Notes: generated by a model from the letters alone, not told the origin. 64,000 nt of DNA from Candidatus Omnitrophota bacterium (GCA_022711115.1 JAKLFP010000010.1:14330-78329); one strand, 5' to 3'; numbered from the stretch's first letter, positions 22,857-32,340 are shown. Translations and numbers: made by a program.

Positions 22857-24174
22857 ATCTGGGGATATCTTGGGGCAGGGGAGCCATCCGCCCGTGAGCC
22901 ATATCACTTATCTTTGCATGGTTCGGCTTCGCCATATGCCCGATCAGGTCAAAAAAATTGTCATTGAGGCCCAAAGCAGGGAAGAAGCTGTCCAGAAGCT
23001 TATTAATCAGGGGCTGGTTGTGGTGTCCGTCAAGGAAACAAGTAAAAAGGCTTCCGGTATTTTGGATATCTTCTCATTCGGAGTTTCTACCGACAGTAAA
23101 AAACCGATCGCGAAATTTTCAATGCCGTTACTTCAAAAAGTGAACACGCGCGAGGTAATTTTTTTCGCCATTCAACTTTCGACGTTGCTCAAGGCAGGCG
23201 TCCCGCTGCTGAGGTCTCTCGACATTATCCAAAAAGGACTTTCGAATGTTTCCTTTAAAGCGATTATCCAATCCATGAAAAAAAGAGTTTCGGCAGGCAC
23301 CACTTTGAGTTTGGCGATTCGGGACTATGAGAATGTGTTTCCATGGGTCTGGGCGAATATGATTGAAGTCGGGGAGGCGACAGGAAAACTCCCGCAGTGT
23401 CTTGATGAAATTGCGGCGTATCAAGAATCCGCGGCGCGTATCAAGGGCAAGGTGATCACGGCATTTATGTATCCTGGGATACTATCGGTGGCGGTAGTGT
23501 GTGCTCTGATTTTTTTAATGATTGCGGTTGTCCCAAAATTTACCATTATCTTTACGGAGCAGAAATTGCAATTGCCATTTATCACGCAAGTGGTAATAGG
23601 GATCAGTAATTTAGTAAGGAATAATTTTCCCATTGTGGCTATTTTTGGCACCGTGATGACAATCTCCATTATTTATTTAAAAAAAATACCAAAGGTGCAG
23701 TTATTAATTGATACAGCCGTTCTTAATCTGCCTGTTTTTGGGACTATTTTTGTAAATGTTGCCGTAGTCCGGTTTTCCAGATCGCTCGGGACACTTCTTC
23801 GTTCAGGGGTGCAAATCCTGAGAGCGCTTGAGATAAGCGGGCGGCTTGTTGAAAATGAATTTATTGAGACGAGGATTAAGCAGGTTGCCGAGGCAGTGAA
23901 GAGCGGGCAGGGGCTTGGGGGCCAACTTGAGTCAAAAAAAGTTTTTCCGGTATTCATGTCACAGCTTATTACAGTCGGTGAAGAAAGCGGCGACTTAGAG
24001 CGATTCCTGGATCTTTTAGCTAATTACTATGAAGAAGGGGTCGATACATTTCTTGCCAGATTGACCACCTTGCTAGAACCATTTCTTCTGATTTTTATGG
24101 GAGGCATTATAGGGACCATTGTTATTTCCTTATTTTTGCCCATTGTTCAACTATCGACAGGAGCAGGAGTATAG
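22849..24174 (+). CDS. pilC: type IV pilus platform protein PilC (GspF family)
   Basis: Two T2SSF repeats and 3 TM segments; 441 aa; overlaps the pilB stop. Confidence 0.88.
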   Translation: MNESGDILGQGSHPPVSHITYLCMVRLRHMPDQVKKIVIEAQSREEAVQKLINQGLVVVSVKETSKKASGILDIFSFGVSTDSKKPIAKFSMPLLQKVNTREVIFFAIQLSTLLKAGVPLLRSLDIIQKGLSNVSFKAIIQSMKKRVSAGTTLSLAIRDYENVFPWVWANMIEVGEATGKLPQCLDEIAAYQESAARIKGKVITAFMYPGILSVAVVCALIFLMIAVVPKFTIIFTEQKLQLPFITQVVIGISNLVRNNFPIVAIFGTVMTISIIYLKKIPKVQLLIDTAVLNLPVFGTIFVNVAVVRFSRSLGTLLRSGVQILRALEISGRLVENEFIETRIKQVAEAVKSGQGLGGQLESKKVFPVFMSQLITVGEESGDLERFLDLLANYYEEGVDTFLARLTTLLEPFLLIFMGGIIGTIVISLFLPIVQLSTGAGV

Positions 24175-24206
24175 TTAGCTTTAGAATTTATATTTTATCT
24201 CAAATA

Positions 24207-24234
24207 TTGCTTTTTCGCTATAAGGTGCTATACT
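24207..24234 (+). promoter_or_regulatory. candidate sigma70-type promoter for the pilin operon (-35 TTGCTT, 16-nt spacer, -10 TATACT)
   Basis: Hexamers read directly in the AT-rich 130-bp gap upstream of the first pilin gene. A palindrome TTGAATAATTCAA follows at about 24247-24259. Confidence 0.3.
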
Positions 24235-24303
24235 TTGAATAAGAAGTTGAATTATTCAAAGCTTCTTAAATAAATATAAAATATAGAATTAGGGAGGATA
24301 AAG

Positions 24304-24762
24304 ATGAATAGAAAGAGAAAAAATCCAAAAGGTTTTACGCTTGTTGAAATTTTGATTGTGGTTGTTATCTTGGCTATTTTGGCAGCGATGCTTTTGCCGA
24401 GGTTCATAAACCAATCTGAAAATGGGTATATCGCGGACGCCCAAAACATGCTTGGTTCACTGAGAAGTTCTTATATCACGGTTGTGGACTCAAGTCTTGC
24501 AACTCCTGTGGCTTTTGGAAATGCGAGTCTTATCAATGCGGCCACCATGGCGACGTGGGGCATGAAACCACTGACTGCGGTTCCAACGGTATGGACCTAT
24601 GCGTGTACTGCTGCAGGAGCTTGTACGGCGACAAGAGTAGGGGGTACTGAAAATGGCGGGACCATTAGGCTGGATGTGAATGGCACTTGGACTTGCACTA
24701 ATGCTGCAGGAGTCGGCTATACTGCCCAGGCAGATCCAACGAAAGGTTGTAAGCCGGCTTAA
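24304..24762 (+). CDS. type IV pilin (prepilin, class III signal peptide)
   Basis: Leader MNRKRKNPKG followed by FTLVEILIVVVILAILAA (G-F cleavage site, Glu5); C-terminal Cys pair; strong AGGGAGGA RBS. Confidence 0.9.
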   Translation: MNRKRKNPKGFTLVEILIVVVILAILAAMLLPRFINQSENGYIADAQNMLGSLRSSYITVVDSSLATPVAFGNASLINAATMATWGMKPLTAVPTVWTYACTAAGACTATRVGGTENGGTIRLDVNGTWTCTNAAGVGYTAQADPTKGCKPA

Positions 24763-24925
24763 GGAAATATCTAGGATGTGATTCAGGCAAGTTGGCAACA
24801 AGGTCCATCGGTGATTTTATAAGACATGTTTTTAACAAAAACGTGCAGTGGGGTGGCAGTACTAAGATGATTTTTGGGAAAAATTAAAATTATTTCAGCA
24901 GAATATTGCGGAAAGAAGGTGCTCA

Positions 24926-25381
24926 ATGGCAATAAATAAGAAACAGAGGTATCAACGTGGTTTTACGCTTGTTGAAATTCTGATTGTTGTTGTTATCCTG
25001 GCTGTTTTGGCAGCGATGGTCGTGCCGAGGTTTATAGACAAATCTGAAAACGGATTTATTGCAGATGCACAAAACTTGCTTGGCTCGCTGAGGAGTTCCT
25101 ATGTAATGGTGACGGATTCAGATTTGACAACGCCGTTGGCTCTAGCAAACGCCGATCTTGCAAGTACAAGCGCTATGGCGACGTGGGGCATGCAACCACT
25201 GGCAGCTGCGCCGACTAGATTTAGTTTTGCCTGTACTGCTGCAGGAAGTTGTACGGCGACAAGGACGGGGGGTAGTTACACAGGAGGCACCATCAATTTA
25301 AGTGAAAGTGGGACTTGGACTTGCGGTGGCGGCAGATATGTTCTTCAGTCAGATCCAAGGAAGGGTTGTAAGCCTGTTTAA
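24926..25381 (+). CDS. type IV pilin (close paralog of the preceding gene)
   Basis: MAINKKQRYQRG leader then FTLVEILIVVVILAVLAAM. The C-terminus DPRKGCKPV matches DPTKGCKPA of pilin 1. Followed by a strong terminator. Confidence 0.9.
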   Translation: MAINKKQRYQRGFTLVEILIVVVILAVLAAMVVPRFIDKSENGFIADAQNLLGSLRSSYVMVTDSDLTTPLALANADLASTSAMATWGMQPLAAAPTRFSFACTAAGSCTATRTGGSYTGGTINLSESGTWTCGGGRYVLQSDPRKGCKPV

Positions 25382-25400
25382 AAAATTGTCCGGCATTGTG

Positions 25401-25436
25401 GCAGGCTGACCATATGGTCAGCCTGCTTTTTTTTTG
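25401..25436 (+). terminator. rho-independent terminator after the second pilin gene
   Basis: Perfect 11-bp stem GCAGGCTGACC/GGTCAGCCTGC with a 4-nt loop, followed by a T9 tract. Confidence 0.75.
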
Positions 25437-25716
25437 TTGACTGCTTGTAACTTTGAGAAAGTGTCTAGATTAGAACAATATCATTCTTACTAATACCAAT
25501 ATGGAATTTAAAAACACGATAATGCGATTTGGAAGTGTCCTTTATCCAGTTAAGCGTCGATGCGGATAGAGCCAATAATGAGCATAGGTGAGGAATTGCA
25601 AAGCATGGTTTCTTTATCTAGCTTATGTCAATGTGAATAAATTTAAGCTGTCAACTAGTAAAAACAATCAAAATGTGTTATTATTCTTATAGGCCTTTAT
25701 ATAAAAGGGGTGGAAT

Positions 25717-26127
25717 ATGGAAAAACTAAATAAGGGTTTTACACTAGCGGAGCTTTTAATTGTGGTGGTCATTATTGGCATTTTAGGCGGGATGGCGCTC
25801 CCACGCTTTTATCCTCAACAGGAAAAAGCACAAGTCGCAGAGGCGGTATCGATATTAAGTGCTATCCGTCAAGGAGAAGCGGCCTATGCGCTAGAACATA
25901 ACGGAAGTTTTCTGGCTCTCAGCAGTGCATCGGCTAATACTGAGTGGGTGAAAATTGGCATAGAAAAGCCTAACATGACCAAATTTACTTATTCGGTCAA
26001 TAGTGCTACTCGTACGGCAACCGCAACACGGGCTGCGGCAGTGGCGACTTATGGGAATACTACCATCACATTAGCTGAAGATGGGACATGGGGCGGGAAC
26101 CATGTTTTTAAACCGACTAATGTTTAG
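25717..26127 (+). CDS. type IV pilin / minor pilin
   Basis: MEKLNKG leader then FTLAELLIVVVIIGILGGMALP; 136 aa. Confidence 0.85.
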   Translation: MEKLNKGFTLAELLIVVVIIGILGGMALPRFYPQQEKAQVAEAVSILSAIRQGEAAYALEHNGSFLALSSASANTEWVKIGIEKPNMTKFTYSVNSATRTATATRAAAVATYGNTTITLAEDGTWGGNHVFKPTNV

Positions 26128-26163
26128 AGTTTGAGAGGCTTCTTTCAGTTAAAAGAGGACCCT

Positions 26164-26589
26164 ATGCGTTTGCAAAGGAAAAAAGGTTTTACGTTGGTTG
26201 AGCTTCTTATCGTGACGGCAATTTTAGGCCTTTTGGCGGCCATGGCGCTTCCAAGAATCCTTGATCCCACCGGCAAGGTAAAGACAACGGAAGCGATCAA
26301 CATTATGAGTGCTATCCGGCGTGGTATGCTGGTCTATTATGATGCGAATCGTTCATGGCCGAATATCTCGGTAAGTACTGATTTCCCAAGAATCTTAGGT
26401 GTTACTTACAGTACGCCTAATTGCGGATGGACTTTTTCCACGGCTGCATCTGGCGCAACTGCTGTTGTGACGGCCACTCATGATGGCGGTACTGGGACGC
26501 TGACGCTTGATGTGGTGAGCGGCGGATGGGGTGGCACCGGTGATTATAATCCGGTCAACGGAAAATACTGGCCCAACTTGGGAACATGA
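26164..26589 (+). CDS. type IV pilin / minor pilin
   Basis: MRLQRKKG leader then FTLVELLIVTAILGLLAAMALP. Start moved to the internal ATG so that the leader length is typical of prepilins. Confidence 0.8.
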   Translation: MRLQRKKGFTLVELLIVTAILGLLAAMALPRILDPTGKVKTTEAINIMSAIRRGMLVYYDANRSWPNISVSTDFPRILGVTYSTPNCGWTFSTAASGATAVVTATHDGGTGTLTLDVVSGGWGGTGDYNPVNGKYWPNLGT

Positions 26590-26691
26590 ACCTATGCAGG
26601 GAAAAAACTCAAGTTTTTTAATGATTAAAAATTTTTTTCGCTTTTTCTTTTTTATGCTAACCACTTTTCCTAAAATCATCTGTTCCACACT

Positions 26692-27429
26692 ATGCCCGAG
26701 AACGCTATCCTGATCCTCGAACAGGATTCGGGAAATTGGCGGAAATTTCTTGTCGATTACTTCGCGGATGTTCCCGCAGTTGTCAGGACTGTTTCGCAAC
26801 TCACGCAAGGGGCCGTTTTGATGGACCGGATGTTACCTCAAGTGATGTTTGCGGAACCTGCTTTTTTGAATCGGTCTTTTCTTCAGAAGGTCAGGGTTCG
26901 TAAAAATACGGATCCTTCTTTCCGCAGTTATCTCCTCGGGGCCGATGCTTTAAAATATAAAGACATTTCTTTCGACGGGATTTTTCCCGTCATCCCGTCT
27001 GTTGCTGAATTTAACAAACGGTTTGTCGATACGCTTCCCATGCCGGAAATCATCAGGCTTTTGGTTGTTGATGACGAGGAGGAGATCGGGGCCCTTGTCC
27101 GTGATTATTTTGAGGGGCGTAAAGGTCCTGCTTTTGAGATTGATTGTGTCCCGAATGGGGCAAAGGCGCTGGCGGTCCTCGCGCATCAAAAACCTCATGT
27201 GATCGTTCTGGATGTCAAAATGCCGGTGATGGATGGCCGGGAATTTTATGCGAAATTCAAAGAAAGAAAACAGGATATTCCGGTGATTGTTTTCTTTGAT
27301 TCTGTTTCCGGGGAAGAGCTGATAGAGATTCGCAAGTTCGGAAATCCTGCCGTGCTCGAAAAAGGATGCCAGGGAAGTTCGCTCCACGCGTTGATGATGC
27401 TGGTCAAAAAACTCGTCTATTTCTCATGA
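26692..27429 (+). CDS. response regulator with canonical C-terminal receiver and degenerate N-terminal receiver-like domain
   Basis: The C-terminal half reads LLVVDDEEEIG...VLDVKMPVMDG...K, a CheY-like REC. The N-terminal 120 aa looks receiver-like but lacks the acidic pocket. Last gene of the pilus locus. Confidence 0.7.
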   Translation: MPENAILILEQDSGNWRKFLVDYFADVPAVVRTVSQLTQGAVLMDRMLPQVMFAEPAFLNRSFLQKVRVRKNTDPSFRSYLLGADALKYKDISFDGIFPVIPSVAEFNKRFVDTLPMPEIIRLLVVDDEEEIGALVRDYFEGRKGPAFEIDCVPNGAKALAVLAHQKPHVIVLDVKMPVMDGREFYAKFKERKQDIPVIVFFDSVSGEELIEIRKFGNPAVLEKGCQGSSLHALMMLVKKLVYFS

Positions 27430-29366
27430 AAAAAGTTGTTTTTATTCTCCTTGGATTTCTCCTTTCAGCCTCCCAGCCATTGTGGGCACAAGAAAAAATC
27501 CTGGATCGCAATGATTTCCTGGAGATGGTTCAGGAACAGGCATTCCGGTTTTTTGAGAAGGAGCATAATCCGGAGAACGGTCTTGTCCATGACCGTGCCT
27601 CCAACCAGGAAGGCGGCCATGAAAATTCTCCCGCGAGTATTGCCGCGACTGGATTTGCACTGACGGTTTATCCTGTGGCGGTGGAAAGGGGATGGATGAA
27701 CCGTGCTGCAGCATATGCCTTGACGGTTCGGACGCTCGAATTTTTTCTGAACGATGCGCCGCAGCACAACGGATTTTTTTATCACTTTTTGAATAGGCAG
27801 ACCGGCGAGCGCGTCAACCATTCGGAGCTTTCGCCGATTGACACAGCGCTGTTTCTGGCCGGCGCGCTTTTTGCGGCGGAATATTTTGATGATACCAAGA
27901 TCCGGGAGCTTGTCCAAAAAATTTACGAGCGAGTTGATTTCCCTTGGATGCTCAATCACGGCAAGCATTTTGCGCTTGCCTGGAGTCCTGAAGCGGGTTT
28001 CAGCAGGCAGCGGTGGGATCATTTTGACGAATCCATCCTGCTTTATGTGCTTGCCATAGGTTCCCCGGCCCATCCGGTTTCGGCAGACAGCTGGCATACG
28101 ATTTTACGGCCGGTAGGGAGTTATCAGAATTACCGGCTGATACAAATGCCGCCGCTTTTTGTACATCAGTATCCCCACATCTGGCTCGATCTTCGCAATA
28201 AAAACGACGGCACTGTAGACTATTTCCAGAATTCCGTGAACGCCACCCTCGCAAACCGGGCTTTTTGCATGGAGCAGGCAGCGAAGTTTTCGGGTTATGG
28301 GCCGAATTTTTGGGGATTAACGGCGTCAGAAGGTCCTGCCGGTTATCGGGCATATGGCGCCCCGCCGGGTTGGACGGCAGCTTTTGACGGAACGATCGCA
28401 CCGACGGCATGCGGAAGTTCGATCGTTTTTACGCCGGAAGAGTCGATGGCATGTCTTGAAAATATCTACAATCAGTACGGAGATAAAATGTGGGGAAGGT
28501 ATGGTTTTGCGGATGCCATCAATGTAGGGAAAAATTGGGTGAGCGATAAGGTGTTAGCTATTGACCAAGGACCTTTGCTCTTGATGATCGAGAATTATCG
28601 CACCGGATTCATCTGGAAATTTATGAGCCAGAGTGAACCGGTTCAAAAAGCATTTGAAAAAATCGGTTTTCGAAACGGCACACGGCCTATTCCTTGGCCT
28701 GATCCTCCGGAGTATCATGCGCGCTATGTGCCGGAGGGTATCCGAGTGGACGGATTTCTCAAAGATTGGCCTCACACCGAATTGATTGTTTTAAGGCCTG
28801 CGACACATCGGGAGTTCGGCGATTTCTCAGGAACTGAAGATCTCACGGCTACGATTCGCTTTGTATGGGACCAGGAACATCTGTATTTTGTAGCGAAAGT
28901 GAATGATCCTGATGTGGTCGTCAAAAGGTCTGCTAAAAACATCTGGCGGGACGATCTTTTCGAGATTTTTGTAGATCCGGAAGGGGATGGTTTTTTTTGG
29001 CAGGATTCGCGTGATTTCCAGCTGGGGTTCCGTCCCGGTAAGGGCGATCGCCCTGTTGAAGTTTGGTCATGGTTCCAGGGCGGTGAAGATCCGTCTCAAA
29101 ACGGGAAGGTTCTTGTAAAAAGTTATACGGATGAAAAAGGTTATATTGTGGAAGGTGCAATTCGCTGGGACTATTTGGGGATGAACCCGAAAACCGGGGA
29201 TGTTCTAAGAATCAGTCCGGCGCTCCATGAGGTTGATAGAAAAGGGGCGGATGGAAAACTGCAGTGGTTTTTCCGGAATGAAGAGAAATTTCAGCGTTTT
29301 GCTCTCGGGAAAATCATGCTCACTCAAGAAGGGCGGCTTCAAGATGCGAAAAACAAAAATCTCTGA
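27426..29366 (+). CDS. secreted six-hairpin glycoside hydrolase (DUF3131/GH144-like) with C-terminal CBM9-like domain
   Basis: Signal peptide MKKVVFILLGFLLSASQPLWA. Central region resembles the DUF3131 / endo-beta-1,2-glucanase family (pattern recall, not searched). C-terminal about 190 aa resembles CBM9/DOMON-like domains. Start set at the internal ATG 27426, overlapping the upstream stop. Confidence 0.55.
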   Translation: MKKVVFILLGFLLSASQPLWAQEKILDRNDFLEMVQEQAFRFFEKEHNPENGLVHDRASNQEGGHENSPASIAATGFALTVYPVAVERGWMNRAAAYALTVRTLEFFLNDAPQHNGFFYHFLNRQTGERVNHSELSPIDTALFLAGALFAAEYFDDTKIRELVQKIYERVDFPWMLNHGKHFALAWSPEAGFSRQRWDHFDESILLYVLAIGSPAHPVSADSWHTILRPVGSYQNYRLIQMPPLFVHQYPHIWLDLRNKNDGTVDYFQNSVNATLANRAFCMEQAAKFSGYGPNFWGLTASEGPAGYRAYGAPPGWTAAFDGTIAPTACGSSIVFTPEESMACLENIYNQYGDKMWGRYGFADAINVGKNWVSDKVLAIDQGPLLLMIENYRTGFIWKFMSQSEPVQKAFEKIGFRNGTRPIPWPDPPEYHARYVPEGIRVDGFLKDWPHTELIVLRPATHREFGDFSGTEDLTATIRFVWDQEHLYFVAKVNDPDVVVKRSAKNIWRDDLFEIFVDPEGDGFFWQDSRDFQLGFRPGKGDRPVEVWSWFQGGEDPSQNGKVLVKSYTDEKGYIVEGAIRWDYLGMNPKTGDVLRISPALHEVDRKGADGKLQWFFRNEEKFQRFALGKIMLTQEGRLQDAKNKNL

Positions 29367-29982
29367 TTCTGAAGAAGAAAAAATCCAGACAACGGCAAGT
29401 ATTGATATAGGGACAACGATCCGGTATTTGCGCGAAGAAAATAAATTGAGCGGTATCGCGCTTTGCCGCCGGGCGAAAGGGCTTAATCCCAAGACGTTGA
29501 CAGCGCTCGAAAAGGGCCGGATCAAAAATCCTTCCATCGCGACATTAGAGCTTCTGGCGAAGGGGTTCGGCGTGACCGTGAGCGGTCTTTTTCGCCAGGC
29601 GGAACTTCGACAGCAGGAATATTTTTCATTGGGTTCCCCAAAAGGATATTACAAGATCGATTTCTCTTCGCAGGGTATTCAGCTGATTTCTTTTACGCCG
29701 ATTGCGGAAGATTTCTTTTGTGGGAAAATGATCGTTGAAGGACAAAGAGGATTCGGTGAAAAGCTTTTGGGGAACATCGGGACTTTTTTTGCCATGACTT
29801 TAATCGGACAATTGGAAGGGAAGGTTGAGGGGAAAAGCATCTTGCTGAAGGAAGGGGATAATCTTTTTGTAAAAGGGGGTATGAAATTTCAGATGACGAA
29901 CACTCTTCAGCGAAATGCGACACTTCTTTTAGTTGCAGTCCCTTCCTGTTTTAAAGGGAAAACTTTTTTAAAAAATAACTGA
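29344..29982 (+). CDS. XRE-family HTH transcriptional regulator with C-terminal cupin domain
   Basis: HTH_3-like segment IRYLREENKLSGIALCRRAKGLNPKTLTALEKG, then a beta-rich C-terminus. Start moved to the internal ATG (MRKTKISD); the upstream part of the ORF overlaps the preceding gene in another frame. Confidence 0.7.
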   Translation: MRKTKISDSEEEKIQTTASIDIGTTIRYLREENKLSGIALCRRAKGLNPKTLTALEKGRIKNPSIATLELLAKGFGVTVSGLFRQAELRQQEYFSLGSPKGYYKIDFSSQGIQLISFTPIAEDFFCGKMIVEGQRGFGEKLLGNIGTFFAMTLIGQLEGKVEGKSILLKEGDNLFVKGGMKFQMTNTLQRNATLLLVAVPSCFKGKTFLKNN

Positions 29983-30144
29983 TAAAAACTGGTTATGCTC
30001 TAGCAGTACTTTACAGGATCGAGCAAAATGGATCCGGGAAGGTTGTAAGTGTTTTTGTCATCAAGACATGGCATCTTTCTGTCGATAAATTACCAGCGAT
30101 GTATTGTGTCTCAACTTGTGATAAAATTATATTAATAAAAACTT

Positions 30145-32223
30145 ATGAAAAAAGCCTTTTTACTTCTTTTAGGGTCTTTTAGTTTTTTTACGCTATCGGT
30201 TTTTCCTCTAACGCTAGAGGCCGCCGAATCTCCTGTCAATCCCTCCACAGTTCATGTAGTGACCGAAGATGAAATGCGGGTGAGTCCGGGCCTAAGCAGT
30301 TTTTCTTCCGGACAAAGCCCCCAGATTTATTCTCCGGTCCAATCCCAAGGTGCTAATGACATCCAAGTCGGTTATGTGGCCTCTCAACATGAGACAAAAA
30401 GTGCCAATCCTCAAGCCAGGAAAAAGGAAAAGACGGAGCTGGTGAAACAGGAAAAGGAGAATAAGAAACGAGAAAGAATGGAGAAAGCCGCAAGGAAAAA
30501 AGAAAAAAGGGAACGCATCAAGGCAGAGCGGCAGGAAAAAAGAGGAAAATTCAAAAAAAACCGTGAGGAAAAAAACAAAAAAAGATTGAGCGACAAAGCC
30601 ATGCAGCAGGCCATTGAAATGCAGGTCGCGGCTTCTCGTGCGGAACGAATCCAGCAAATGCCTTATCTTGACAAGATTTATATCCAGTCACAAATCACCC
30701 CGCTTAAGATCCAGCAAAAGGAAGAGTTCCTGAAAGGCGGACCCAAGGACCTTCAAGACATCATTGCGCGCGCCCGATCGGTCAACACGAAGGCAAAAGC
30801 CGATTATGAAAACATTGCGTTATACCATCGTCGCTTGATTCAATCTTTCCGGAAGCTTTTTCCGGATGTTTCTCTGAATATGAATAACAGAGAAGGCAGC
30901 TTGAGCGGGTTGCCAGGGATTCCTGAGACTTATACCGGCGTTGATTGGCATGTGGTGCTTCGGCAGCCTCTTTTCAACGGAGGGATTCTTTGGAACACGT
31001 TTCTTCAGGAAAAGGCGAATCTAGAAGCGGCCAAAAAGAATTTTGACAAAACCAACACGGAGATTGTATACGACCTTTCCCGTGTTTATTTTGAATATCA
31101 GCGGACGCTCCAAACGGTGGAAGAACATAAGGCCATGGTAGAAAAAATGAAGCGCTTTGCGGAGATGTCGGAGAATAAATTCCAGCAAAAAATTATTTCC
31201 GAGATCGAACATCTGAATGTGCAGTCACTTTACAGCCAGATGCAGTTTGATCTCGAATCTGCCCATCAGGAACTTGAGCTCGCAAAGCTGGACGTCCAAA
31301 AGAACCTTGATCTTTCTCCGAACGACGCATTATCCATGGCGAAGGTTTATGACTTAAGCCCTCTGTTTCAGAATGTTTCTTCGGGACCGGAGGGGAAGAT
31401 GCTGGAAGATGCTGCTAAGGTATTGCCGAGTGTGTTTAAGGGGGATGAAAAAGCGCCGGAACTTTCCAAAATGATCGATCTTTCTTACGGGAATCGTGCC
31501 GAACTCCAGGTGGAAGCCGCCAAACTTCAGGCTGCCCGTCTTGGAGAAAAAATCCGATGGGGAGAATTCCTGCCCAAAGCCTATTTAACTTACGAAATCG
31601 GAGCTCTGGGAGAGGCCGATCAAAAGGGCCCATACAGTGATATCACGCATGCTGCCAATCCGATATATTCCAACAAGCCTACTCCGAAAAGAGATTGGCG
31701 GTTTCTGATCGAAATGAACTGGAATCTTGGCGGAAATAAAGTAGGCTATACCTATGAGAGGACATCGAAAGCACCTTCTCTTACTCAATATGAATCCCAA
31801 CGCGGTACGCAAGCGAGAACCAATGGCATGACCTTTGGCGTGTTGGATGGATTAGATGCGTTTGTCACCACGAAACAGGCGGAGGTTGATAAACTGAACC
31901 AGGTTTTTGAACTGGAAAAAGCCGAAAAACAGGTGCTGCAGGATGTGAAACAGGGTTATTACGATTTTCAGAAGGCCGCGATCCAGATGCGTTCGACGGT
32001 CAAACGGCTGGAATATCGGAAACGCTTGCGTGATTTTGCGGAGCACCGGCTGAGTAAAAAAGAAATCGAATTGTCCGAATACCTGCAGGCAGAATCGGAT
32101 CTGACCCGCGAAAAAGCGGAGCTTCATAAGGCCCTCAGGGATTATTTTATGGCGAAAGCGTCATTGAATCATGCCATCGGGATTCAAGATTTTTATAGTA
32201 TTGAGATTCCCGATAAACAATAA
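30145..32223 (+). CDS. outer-membrane efflux factor (TolC/OEP family) with long N-terminal extension containing a Lys/Glu-rich charged segment
   Basis: Signal peptide. About 150-aa extension including KKEKTELVKQEKENKKRERMEKAARKKEKRERIKAERQEKRGKFKKNREEKNKK. The C-terminal about 450 aa has the two-repeat OEP architecture. Followed by MFP and RND genes. Confidence 0.75.
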   Translation: MKKAFLLLLGSFSFFTLSVFPLTLEAAESPVNPSTVHVVTEDEMRVSPGLSSFSSGQSPQIYSPVQSQGANDIQVGYVASQHETKSANPQARKKEKTELVKQEKENKKRERMEKAARKKEKRERIKAERQEKRGKFKKNREEKNKKRLSDKAMQQAIEMQVAASRAERIQQMPYLDKIYIQSQITPLKIQQKEEFLKGGPKDLQDIIARARSVNTKAKADYENIALYHRRLIQSFRKLFPDVSLNMNNREGSLSGLPGIPETYTGVDWHVVLRQPLFNGGILWNTFLQEKANLEAAKKNFDKTNTEIVYDLSRVYFEYQRTLQTVEEHKAMVEKMKRFAEMSENKFQQKIISEIEHLNVQSLYSQMQFDLESAHQELELAKLDVQKNLDLSPNDALSMAKVYDLSPLFQNVSSGPEGKMLEDAAKVLPSVFKGDEKAPELSKMIDLSYGNRAELQVEAAKLQAARLGEKIRWGEFLPKAYLTYEIGALGEADQKGPYSDITHAANPIYSNKPTPKRDWRFLIEMNWNLGGNKVGYTYERTSKAPSLTQYESQRGTQARTNGMTFGVLDGLDAFVTTKQAEVDKLNQVFELEKAEKQVLQDVKQGYYDFQKAAIQMRSTVKRLEYRKRLRDFAEHRLSKKEIELSEYLQAESDLTREKAELHKALRDYFMAKASLNHAIGIQDFYSIEIPDKQ

Positions 32224-32340
32224 CGAACTTTTATACTAACTACTGCGTTATTGCCATTTTATGGGTTCGCAGGAAGGTACCGTTAACCCATAAAAGTAAC
32301 CGTTAAGCGGTACTAAAAAGAATCAAACGCGGAGTCCAAA

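Noticed and set aside
29227-29343. Upstream 39 codons of the XRE regulator ORF overlapping the glycosidase gene
   Set aside because: An internal ATG at 29344 gives a start (MRKTKISD...) consistent with an HTH N-terminus. The upstream part overlaps the glycosidase C-terminus in another frame and has no RBS.
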